From Bugula neritina (Eukaryota > Animalia > Bryozoa), in assembly GCA_964035545.1 (NCBI GenBank), contig OZ037767.1, positions 20,600,628 to 20,664,627 on the forward strand: a stretch of 64,000 bases of DNA. Direction: 5' to 3'. The notes under the pieces are model-generated. The model ran no database searches, was not told the origin of the DNA, and worked only from the letters and a program-made list of their open reading frames with translations. Below, in pieces: positions 40,301-51,600 of the stretch (within the stretch, counting starts at the first letter, position 1; each line of letters begins with the position of its first letter). Position numbers and translations under genes: made by a program.

Positions 40301-43300
40301 TACTTAAATATATACTAAAACTAGACCTACAACTATTAATATTTTTCTTTGCTTCAGCCAGTCTTTCATTTTAACTTATGGATTTTTCTCTACCATAGGG
40401 TCTACATTTGCAGTCGTCTCAACAGGGTATACACACCATCAAACTCATACGAGAAAATGTAAGTCTTGCAAGTGGTCCTCGTTGTTAGATAATTTATTGT
40501 GAGACTAAATACTGAGTGAATTTTCACCTTTTGATTTACCAAATGCTTCATGTATATGTCACATAACCTTCAATATCTCTCGATTACATTTCCTAGCCAA
40601 ATGGTGTTACTAGATTTGATTTTAATGTGTTATGTTGAAGTTGTGTAATAATATTTGGTGTTGGTTCGCATATAAACTAGTCGCCAACTCTCACTTCCGG
40701 TAAGGGCATGTTGCTTGGTTAATCGTGGGAGACTTTTTACTGAATTTACAAAACACTAATTTGTCAACCGGAAATGAAACAAAACTGTTCAGAGTTGGTG
40801 TTCAAATAAATATATCTGCAGGTTTTTTATTTTTAACTAAAATCTAGGACTTTTGCTGTCTATTAGATGACATTGTTTAGGATATGTTAGTACTAGAGGA
40901 TCTAGTATAGGGTATGGTAGTACTAAGGTATATGGTATAGCAGGGAGGGGCAAATATTTTTGAAATGGGGCCAGATCTTAAGATTTGAGGCGTAAGAAGG
41001 GCCAGGTTTGTTCGTTGTAAATTCGATGTACAATGCTGCATTACCAAATGCAAATATCAATTGCTTTTTTGTTCACAGGGCTGAAAGTATAAATTATTGC
41101 AGAATGTAGATGCAGAACAAAAAAGATATGACAGTTTATTAATTTAACAAGTTGTGTATAGTTCACTAAGAAAGAAAACAGCAAAAAATTTATTGGGTAC
41201 ACTTATAGCAGGCCTACTATAATTAGTGAGAAGTAAGAAAAAAATACTTTTAGTAGCCATAATAGCACTAATGTTACTGCAAGTAATGGGTTCATATGTG
41301 GCTACCCGAAGCAAATCTTGCAAGATGCTCATTAATGAGCTAGCTATGTTCTATTACTATATTTTGATATGGTCCATGATAGAAAACATGCATCCAAATT
41401 TATAATCATAACCAAATATGCTCAGTACTCTTAGTACCAGTTTAGCTAGTGTAGGGTACTTGTCCCTGGTTACTGGTGAAGTGTAGAAGCTAACTGTTGT
41501 TGTTGCAGCAACATCACATAACTCAAATTGTAATGCTGCTATACTTATGCTCACTGAAGCTAGCGTGATTATTAGTTTCCGCAACTATACATTGGCCAGA
41601 ATCTTCTCACGAGTCATGTTCATAACTGGCCAGTGTCGCTTAGTACGCACATTTTGTGAATGATGAAGAAACCAATGAAATGATTAGAATTGCTAGTGAT
41701 TGGCTGAGGGCCTGATCAAAACAGTAGGAGAGCCTGAGGTGGCCTGCGGCCGCCATTTGCCAATCCCTGTAGTATAGTATATGTTAGTACTAGGGGATAT
41801 AGCATAGGCCATAGGGTATGGCATTGTAGTAAACTAGCAAATAAATGCACTCGGTGACCTTTCCCTCTGCTGTTTTAGACAGCATGCGACAGCATAAGTA
41901 AACTGGAACCCGGAGATCAGATAGTCCAAGTGAACGACCAGGTTGTGGTGAGCACTGTTATGTCAAGGTCATATCTATGTTATGTCAATGTTATATCTAT
42001 GTTATGTTAATGTTATATATATATATATTGTGTCAAGGTCATATCTATGTTATGTCAAGGTCAGATCTATGTTATGTCAAGGTCATATCTATGTTATGTC
42101 AAGGTCATATCTATGTTATGTCAAGGTCATATCTATGTTGTGTCAAGGTCATATATATGTTATGTCAATGTTATATGCACGCAAGCTACACGTTTAGATC
42201 TAAATTATGCTTGTAGATTGGGTGGCAGTTGTCTCACGTTGTTGATGCACTGAAAGAAAACCCAAAAGAAGTCTCACTAAAAGTGAGAAAACCTCCTCGT
42301 CATTTCAATCCGCTAAGTCTCAACCAGCGAAGGCCGAGTCCCAAAAATACTCTCAGACTTGGCGAAGAACTGAAGTTGAAGCAAAGTACTTTCCCAAAGG
42401 TGTGTGTTTGTGATGTCATATTTTCAGCAAAGGTGATTGTATCACTGAGTTTGGTTGTATGACACTTGCTACTGCTGTGATGTAGTGTTAGTAGATGTGA
42501 CAGTGTTAACAGATGTGACAGTGTTAACAGATGTTATTTTGCTAGCAAATGTCATGGTATTAGCAAATGTCATATGCCAGTGTTCCACTTCATAGATGTG
42601 ACAGTGTTGACAGGTGTCATATTGCTGAAATATGTCACAGTATTAGCAGGTGTCATGTTGCTTACGTATGTCACAATGGTATCAAGCTCCATTGCTCAAC
42701 TGTTGCAGAGAGCTAGTAAGCATATCTCAGAGGATGGCTCTTTTGAAGGAAAGATAAAATCCTCATCTATCGGAGAAGCACCTGCCAATATCCATGTGAC
42801 AGTTGACCCATCTTCCCCCAGGTATAGTTGTTAAAGCTGTGAGATTCACCATCTAGTATAATTACTGTGTCTTTAGAGTCTTAGGCTCGCAGGTAACCAG
42901 AGTTGTTGAGGTGTGAGTGTGGGACGTGTACCAACTCTCTCAATCTTAGTAGTGAAGCTCCAAGTGTACATGTTTACATGTTTGTGTGACTCAATAGCTG
43001 GCAGATTTTGAAAGAAGCTATTCTCGGGGCAAAGCTTCAATAAACATGACATTATTTACACGTAGACTACACAATATCTGCACTCCTAGTGAAATGATAA
43101 AATATTACATTATCACTAGCATTGTACAGTTCAGCCTCTACTCTTCTCCTTCAATATGTGCCTGACATTCTTTTCCACAAGCTGCTAAACCGCATGCAGT
43201 TGGCTGGTTGTGCTTGTCGTTCACCTATAAGCATATAACGTTGTCAGGTAAACCATCAGGATTATTAGAGTTGTCCCCTCACATGAAGTTTAAAAATGGA

Positions 43301-45634
43301 CATACACAACTCCTTATTACTAGCAGATTAAAGTATCTTTCTACTCTCGCCAAAACTCCTGTTGATTAAAAGTCATAATTTATGAGAAAATTGTATGCCG
43401 TATGGTGTTGGAACATACTAGAACGGTTTTATCCAAATTATAGTAGCAGTTAATGTGGCAGAGGAATAACTATAACCCCTTCCAGGCGTTACCAACAGCT
43501 GAACACATGAGTCATGTTAGACCGATACTTGTAGTCACTAGTTGACAGCTACTCTCTCCTCAGACTATTGCTGCTACTTGGTTCTGCTCCCTCGATCTGT
43601 CATACATACAGTAGTTGGTTTTTATGTGTTGCGTATAGTTATTATATTACAACTGATATGCTTTTGCCATATTTTGATAAACTTGCAAATTTTTCAAGTG
43701 CAGCTCCAAGCTTTGAATTGAAAAAGTATTTTTTGTAAAGCGCTGAATGTGTGTATGAGATAAGATAGCAAATATTGTGAAAATGCAGGAAATTAAACTT
43801 GCAATCAAAATTTGTCGTAAATAGGAAAAATATAATCATGAGTAACATAAATAGAATTATATCTGATCAGCTCTTTCAACCCACTCATAGGTTTTCCCAA
43901 TTCTTTGTGCTGAGTTGTAAATCCTTCTTTTAGATCAGATCCCTGTGAATTGCTATGACAAGTCATGTCACATGCTCTGACAAGTCATGTCACATGCTCT
44001 GACAAGTCATGTCACATGCTCTGACAAGTCATGTCACATGCTATGACAAGTCGTGTCACATGCTATGACAAGTCATGTCACATGCTATACCAAGGTGACA
44101 CGCTATGACAATTGCCCAATAGTGTTGTATGTGTTAGTTTAGCTGGTGTCTAGTTATACAAGATTTCTCAACTTTGTTGAGTTGCAACTTTGAAATTCTG
44201 TTCCCAAATGGAGCTTCTGTGGTAAACTTTTACTTCATTCCATATTTATAAAGCTGTCCCACAATACATTGCATTATGTCCCACAATACATTGCATTATG
44301 TACCACAATATATTGCATTATGCCCCACAATACATTGCATTATGTCACACAATACATTGTAGTGCTTATGATGACGTATTTTCCCTGGCTTCAACAATAG
44401 ACTCAGTTTCATCAAGCCATGCGCCCTTTGATACCAGGAATCTTGAAACCAATAGAGATGAGGTTGGGGGTGGCAAGGCTCTCCGGCCTACTATATTAGT
44501 CAATGATGTGTGGCACCCTGAGAATTCTTCCATAGCTGAGTCACAACCCTTATCAGGTACTGCTACTACTACTACTACTGGTACTGGCACTACTACTACT
44601 ACTACTACTGCTACTACTACTGCTACTTCTACTGGTACTGGTACTGCTACTTCTACTGCTGCTGCTACTGGTGCTACTGCTACTGCTGCTGCTACTGGTA
44701 CTACTACTTTTACTATAACTGCCAGTATGTGTACTATTAGTACAACTTTTACTTTTACATGCTAATTTAGCATTTTCGGCTCTATTTCTCATTTTTACTT
44801 GTCTCTTGCATTGGTTGGTCATTTCAATTTTATTTCTGCGAAATATTTTTTTGAAATAGTACACTAGCTGATGGTAAAGTTCTATTGTTAATCAAAGCCG
44901 CCATCTGTTGACAGATGAGAATGCACTTACTACAAACAAATCATTTTTCAGGGAAAAAGTTGCATCATTGAATATCAGGAAATACTTCTTTGTCGATCCT
45001 CATCTCTTTACACAGCTCATTGCTTTCTATCTGGTTTAAGTAACTAGTTCGTATGGTGTAATGCTCAAGTAAAAACAGGTGTGAACCTTAAACTTCAGCT
45101 ATGTAGAGGATATTATTACTAGGTTCCTAGGTGATGTTATTACCTTCACCTCCCTATACAGTGAACTGACGAATTAAAGTTACTCAGTGTGCTGTAAAGA
45201 ACTGCTGTATATTACACCTGCTGTATATTACACCTGCTGTATATTACACCTGCTGTATATTACACCTGCTGTATATTACATCCGCTGTATATTATAGCTG
45301 CTGTATATTACACCTGCTGTATATTACACCTGCTGTATATTACATCTGCTGTATATTACACCTGCTGTATATTACACCTGCTGTATATTACACCTGCTGT
45401 ATATTACATCTGCTGTATATTACAGCTGCTGTATATTACACCTGCTGTATATTACATCCGCTGTATATTACATCTGCTGTATATTACACCTGCTGTATAT
45501 TACATCTGCTGTATATTACAGCTGCTGTATCAACCGGCAAGAGAGAGGTCCTCAGTACATTCCATGTTGTTAAATCTACTCCGGAGTTGCGGACTCCTGA
45601 AGCCCAAAGAGAAGTTGCCTTTCCTTCCTCCTAA
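37329..45634 (+). CDS. CNKSR: Connector enhancer of kinase suppressor of Ras (CNK/CNKSR)-like scaffold: SAM-CRIC-PDZ, about 463 aa
   Basis: Exons 37329-37383, 37491-37654, 38649-38833, 39108-39246, 40044-40160, 40399-40458, 41879-41947, 42217-42399, 42709-42821, 44363-44556 and 45522-45634 join in frame (1392 nt) with GT-AG introns. SAM: KWDVEQVASWVKGLD...ITGKQLL...IGITKVGHQEAILESLELL. CRIC: NLQSLA...VQKLLLWLQSSPF. PDZ: ETLGLHLQSSQQGIHTI...LEPGDQIVQVNDQVVIGWQLSHVVDALKENP. The last three exons are less certain. Confidence 0.9.
37651..38342. repeat. 23-bp minisatellite (GTATGATTACCAGAGAGTATATA) x ~30 beginning at the CNK exon-2 donor
   Basis: Highly homogeneous array whose first unit is the splice donor tata|GTATGA. 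Confidence 0.97.
39287..40033. repeat. 10-bp-based compound minisatellite (TGTCATACAC / TGTCACTCAC) filling CNK intron 4
   Basis: Tandem decamers ending about 10 nt before the acceptor at 40043. Confidence 0.95.
40941..41769 (-). mobile_element. Internally deleted hAT (Charlie/SPIN-type) DNA transposon in CNK intron 6
   Basis: TIRs cagggaggggcaaat and cagggattggcaaat match at 13/15. 8-bp TSD tggtatag (40933-40940) / tagtatag (41770-41777). Transposase dimerisation-domain remnant LQFELCD...KYPTLAKLVLRVLSIFG...FSIMDHIK...LQDLLRVAT. Confidence 0.88.
41957..42176. repeat. 22-bp minisatellite (TGTTATGTCAAGGTCATATCTA) filling CNK intron 7
   Basis: About 9-10 copies starting 9 nt after the donor. 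Confidence 0.92.
43955..44110. repeat. 22-bp minisatellite (GACAAGTCATGTCACATGCTCT)
   Basis: About 6-7 tandem copies in CNK intron 9. Confidence 0.9.
44259..44362. repeat. 22-bp minisatellite (CCACAATACATTGCATTATGTC) ending at the exon-10 acceptor
   Basis: About 4.5 copies; the last reads cacaatacattgtAG|. Confidence 0.9.
44557..44710. repeat. (ACT/GCT/GGT)n microsatellite starting at the exon-10 donor
   Basis: cag|GTACTGCTACTACT... Confidence 0.9.
45202..45530. repeat. 16-bp minisatellite (CTGCTGTATATTACAC) x ~20 spanning the CNK terminal acceptor
   Basis: The last unit is attacAG|ctgctgtat. Confidence 0.95.
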
Positions 45635-48600
45635 TTCAAAGATCTTGGCTTCTGAGAACGTCACCGCAGCTGTGAGAAATACCAGAAGCTGATTGGTAGA
45701 CAGAGTCAGCAACTTTCTTAGACCAAAGGACATTTCGTTAGAACATTTTATAATCATCTTTTGTTACAGCTTTTAGTATATACAAGAGATAGAGAGAGTT
45801 GTCCTCTACTTTTTGTACTGAACTACTGGATTAGTGTAGGGAACAAATTGATGTAAAGTTTTTAGGTCTCAGTCTATAGCCTGAGGATCATAGTTTCTTA
45901 TGAATAGGTTTTAAATGATTACATTGATTCAAACAGACTCTTTCTATTGTAATAACTATATGTCATTATATTCTATACCTGATTTCTATCTGTACTCTCA
46001 CTATACTCTTATTTAATGTTCTATTATTATTTTAATAACTTTTTTATATGATATTGAATCTTCTAAGCATGTATATATTTTAGCAATGACTTCTTAATGC
46101 TGATAGTCTCTTGTAGTAATAAACAGTCTTTGATTCTGATCACCAAACGAGAACTGATGTCTTGTCATATGCTGATAAATTTCACCCCTTTTACTATTAT
46201 GATAATTTTTACCGCTTTTATAACCAAAGTTCTACAATGAAATTTTACCATAAAAACAGATTTTAAATTGCACTTTAATGGAAGCAGCTGCAACTCATTT
46301 TCATCTAATATTTCAAAATATAAAAAATCTTTGTACTCAGCATGTCTAAACATGTCTGGCTTTTCATCACAACATGTTTGAAGGTTTCTGTACTAGCAGA
46401 CATTTTATGCTTTTCACAATAGACTAAACCTTTTTGCTAGTGGCTTTTCCACTTGCATGGTGTATCCGTGACTTCAGCAAACATCCACAAACTTTCCTAA
46501 ATAATGTGATGCGTGCTTATATATGTGTGTGTGTGCTTATATATGTGTGTGTGCGTGTGTGTGTGTGTGTGTGTGTAGTGTTTATTGTGCTGGTTTGTTC
46601 ATGTCTTCAAGTGTGTTCACAAGATCTGGAGTTTGAGCTAACACTACAACTAGCTTGCAGTGAACTAGCACTGGCAGCAATTGAAGTAATTATTTATTTA
46701 AGCCGGCATTCCAATGTTCAGTTTATAAAACATACTACAACAGATTTCAATAAAAGTCAAAACCTTTATTGAAAAGTTTTCAGTTGAAAATTAAAATATT
46801 TTTCCACAAAATTAAAAGGGAACAACGAAACACATGCAGCTTACCCACTGTAATAGAAATGTGTTTGTATTAATAGGTTATTGATTAATAATTTGAGTGC
46901 CCAGTCATACTAGTTTTATGTAACTGTAAATAAAGGACATAATGCAATAGAAAATGTTCCATTGTGCTTATTTAATGAGCAAACTCAATGCAACTTCATC
47001 AAATAGTCGTCTGCTTGCTATTTCTTTGTCATGTATTATATAACTTGTTGACAAAGCAGCTATTGCCATCTAATGTAGATTAATTTAGACAATAATTTGT
47101 CTATTTTTGGTATTGTTTCAGCAAATACAATTGAGTGTATATCATGTTAAACTTCATTGTATTGTTATTGATAGTAAATTGTGTTTTATAACACACCACT
47201 CTATAGGGGGCTAAACAGATATATACGTTATAATGTGTGTAATGATATATACATAATATGCCTCTGTCATTGTTATGCAATTTTCTTGAAAATGAAGAAA
47301 ATATTTTTCTACTATTTGAACAATTTTTATAACTTCTATTCATTTGTGAGAGTTATCTTTTCTCAGGTAGAGAACATCTGCTCTACTAAATCAACTGTTT
47401 CGAATTTGCGTTGTATGTTTCGTATAACAAATGCAAAATAGCTTCATGTTGTGTTAGACGAGCAATAGCCCTGGTTTATGACTTGTGTGGTGCTTTGAAT
47501 AGACTTTCATAGACTTTGCTTCGAAAATTATAAACTGCTTTTCAAAGATACATTATCATAAAATTTGAAGTCTACATTTTCTTATATTTGATGCGTACAA
47601 ACGTACATATTTCTTGAGATTAAACTGTGACATGATCTTGTAGTGCAGATGAAATCAATACAGACTTATAACAATTATCCCATGTAGGAGTGTATCAGCA
47701 GCCCCTGTGTATTGATTAGTACTTACTTTTCCTTCTGGCTATCTTTGTCTTCAGATTTACAATGCTGTGATATAAATGGGGATAAATTTAGTTACTTACC
47801 ATCCTGCTTGATTGAAGATATGATATAACAGCTTGAAGTTCAAAAAATAAAGATAATATTAGAAAGGTAAGGCTAAGTCTTTATATTTCTTTTATTCTTT
47901 TGCAAAAGCAGCAAAAATATATTGTAGAAAAAACCGAGTTGATGCAAGAAACTTTTAATATCAATATTGTATGTATGTATGTATATAACTTGTCACATGA
48001 AAACATTTAACTGCTAATTCAACTAATGCATAAATACAGAATACGAAATTAAAAGTTTAATTAATATAAGATGCACATGTAGATAAGAATGCAAGTTTAA
48101 AGTAGTGTAACTTTTAAAAAAATGATATTTTATCTTTTAAGTCATCATATTTAAATCACTGCTCGAATTCAGTTCAGTGAGTGAGAATATATTCAGACTG
48201 AGGACCTAGCATACTGTCAAAAAGAGAGGGGGAGGATTGAGTTATTTCAATCTACAGCTCATGACCTAAAACATTTCAAAGCAATGCATGTAAAAACAGT
48301 AAAAAAGTATGATTTAGTGTTTAGATTTTTCAAAGATAAACTGAACTAAAGTCAATATAATAATCTGCAAAATTTATATCCTTTAATAAGTTTTATATAA
48401 TGCAATAATGTGCTGATAGTGATTAGAGAGTATTTATACAGCTTAATGTTACAAATTGACACCACTTATATAAGCTACTATTATACAGCAGTTACACAAT
48501 GTCTACAAATACTTCACGCTGAATGACTAAACTGTTAACTCAATAATTTCTGCAATATCCTCTCTCCTTAATATAACACTTCGTAGTTTTCTATGTCATT

Positions 48601-51600
48601 GTAAAGCATAAACTTAGTAACTCTTGGTAACAAATGAGTCTAGTTTTAAGCTGATATAACAAAACTTTTCAGCTTTATGGAAGTTTTGATGACTGTTGAA
48701 AATTTAAATGCTGTTTATTGTAGAACAACCTGTGTGAACTGTGAAGTAGTAATATTGTAATAGTGATCTAAGTAATAAGGAAACTGTAATAGCCTAAGAT
48801 CTTTATTTTTCTTAATAAATTTTGATTTGGGGCACAGGTTGAATTTGCTGCAAGAGCGCAACTTCTTTCAATGCATTTCTAACCTAGAACACATGCTTAT
48901 TTTAATTTTATTTCCTCTCAAATAAAGCCAGTTCAACAAGACGTATAGAGGCCTTAGCTAAATCTTGAACTTTATGGAGATTTTCAATCCCAAAAATGTA
49001 TTCTATAGAAAGTGCCTTTTGTCATAAGTGGAGGGCCAAAGACAAATTATAATAAGGTTTTAAAAAAGGTTTTAAAGCTTATTATTCTGTAGCCTACCTG
49101 TATGACACCACTAACCCACTTTCACTCAGAGCCTGTAACACTAGCGGTTATTATTATTTAAACTGTATTTCTTCATTCATTCCCCTGTGACCACTGCAAT
49201 CTACTTAGCTACATTGTGTTTGACATCATCACTCTAACCTGTACGACAACTGCTTAAAGTTGTACTGAATGTGTTACTAGTACTCCTAGTGAAGAGACCT
49301 CCTGCGTAGCTCTTTCAAAATGGACTACCCTACTTAGAGACTTAGTCTAATCAGTAAGTAAGACCTTCGACTATGTTGAAACTGTTCTGGTGGTGTCTCA
49401 TCAAACATGCATGTCTCATTCACATTTGGCTATAGTACCAGTTTGAAAACTCCAATGTATTTAAAGTGCCTGTTAGCTATTTGTAAGTGTATAAGAGGTG
49501 TCTGTAAGGTGCCTGATATGTATGTGTAAGGTTTTACAATCTACAGTTTTTGTAGTTTTATTTTAATTAACAAAATTATGAAGTCATAATTATGAACTTA
49601 ACTAAATAACTGGAATTCTTTTTCAGTCAGCTGTAGATAAACTTGAAGGGTTTCTATAAAATATGAGCTGAAATTAAACTATAAGTATTTGAAGCAGAGT
49701 GTCTTCTATAGACTACGTTTATTTCATTACATGTAACCGACGGAGTTCACCATTAAAAGTACCAAAGTCATGGTTTCAGCTATAAAAACTCCAACACTTT
49801 TTTAAAACTTTTTAGCTTTCCCGATGACAAAAATCCGACACGTGGTTATTTCATGCTAAGCTTATGCTATGAAGGTTTCAACTAATTGCATTCAAATTTA
49901 GCATCTATACAAATGCTTTCAGTTTTTCATTACATAGACCTTTTATTAATCAAGCAAATATTGTCTTTCCATTATAGATACAAAGCTCCCATATACAATT
50001 TCAAACAGTTCACGAACTTTATTATGTAAGCTGGTTTTTTGTACTCAAATGCTAGCAGTATAATATGTCATATATTAATTAATAAAAGAGGTGTTTGCTT
50101 AGTTGTTCTTACACATATAGGTTGATTATATATAGAATAAAATAGTTATATTTAGGTTATGGTATACTACACTGAGTAGGGCTATTTATAACAAGGTATC
50201 CTAGGCTGTGTAACATACATCATGGCACCATTATACTATGTTTTCAATGGAGCTAACTGAAGTGTAACTCGGCATTTAGTCTAAGTTTACAATTAAAAAT
50301 AGTCCATGTAAGTTTGCTTCAAAACCCAGCCCGGGATAAAAAAGGCATTTTAAGTTCCCAGGTTAGTATGGAAATTTTAAGTTTGATGAAATCGTGTGAA
50401 GTTTGCTTCCAAAGTATGAGCTCAGTGTAACCAGCACATGCCGGTTGAATAGATGAAGCGCGCACTCGGAAGTGATCAGCAAAGAACATCACAAATCAGA
50501 ATTCAATTGGTGATTTTATGTGTTGGTTTTAGAGTTACATTTTCAAATGGGTATTTTTTCATTTTATTAAAAGTTTTGACTTTAAAAGCTTTTCTTTTCC
50601 TCCTCATGTCTTTTTCTATTTTACCCCTCCCTGGCGTAAATGCAGACCAGAAGAGGGTGTGTGTTTGCTTAGACTATCTCTAGTTTCTCTTATCTCTCCC
50701 CTACTATAACCCGTTAGCCTTAGAACTGTAGTTGTATAGATCATCCTTGCCTTGGGGGCATCTTCACTTTGCCTTGAAAAAAACACCTTTTCTCTAAAGG
50801 TTTGAGCTTGAAATAAACTGGAGTTGATTTAACAAATCTCAGTGTTTTGTCTCCTGATAAGTGAAAGAAGATTTTCTTTGTTTAGTTTTGGCGACGCAAA
50901 GAGCACTTGACGTACAATCATCTCTCAAAAAACTAGGAGTGTAGTAGGAAATGAACTGATTTCAACACCTACCTGATTCAACTTTTGATGGCGCGAAGTG
51001 CTAACAGAAGTTCAATACAATTTGTCAACGCATATTTAAATGGAAAGCCTATAAATTTGTGAAATATAAGACTTTGATTGGGTAAAGCTGCAGTTGTACT
51101 CAAGGGGGAGATGTATTAAAGGACTCAGTCTACCTCAAACAACGCTGGCCTGATCCCAGTGTATACGTGACAAACTGCATGTACACTGAAGGATTTAAAT
51201 TACAAAAGTTGCTTAACACTGACATAATATTAATAACAGAACAAGTAAGTGTTAGCATGTTCTACTTTTGAGGTGATTTATTAACATTGCTAAATGTGTT
51301 AACTAATAAGCTTTTTAGATAATGATATTTTGTGTGATACAGCTGATTCATTCCTAATGCACTTAAAATAATGAAAAGAATTTTTATATAAATAAAAATC
51401 TTTGCTGGCAAGGGAACATTAGTACATGAATAATTCATTTTAGGTTAGAGAAAAACCATTTTAATCACCGTTTTAATTATGTAACTGCTGTGCATCACCA
51501 GGATTTATTAATTAAATGAACTAACCTATTATTTGTTCTATATTTTGCATATGCTGACATAAGTCATTGAACCCTTGCTGACCTGCGGGGCGGAGGGGGG

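Noticed and set aside
41977-42253. Three overlapping MLCQGHIYV-type ORFs
   Set aside because: Translations of the 22-bp repeat.
44553-44864. Poly-Ser and poly-Thr ORFs
   Set aside because: Trinucleotide repeat after the exon-10 donor; intron retention giving a Thr/Ala tail cannot be excluded but has no support.
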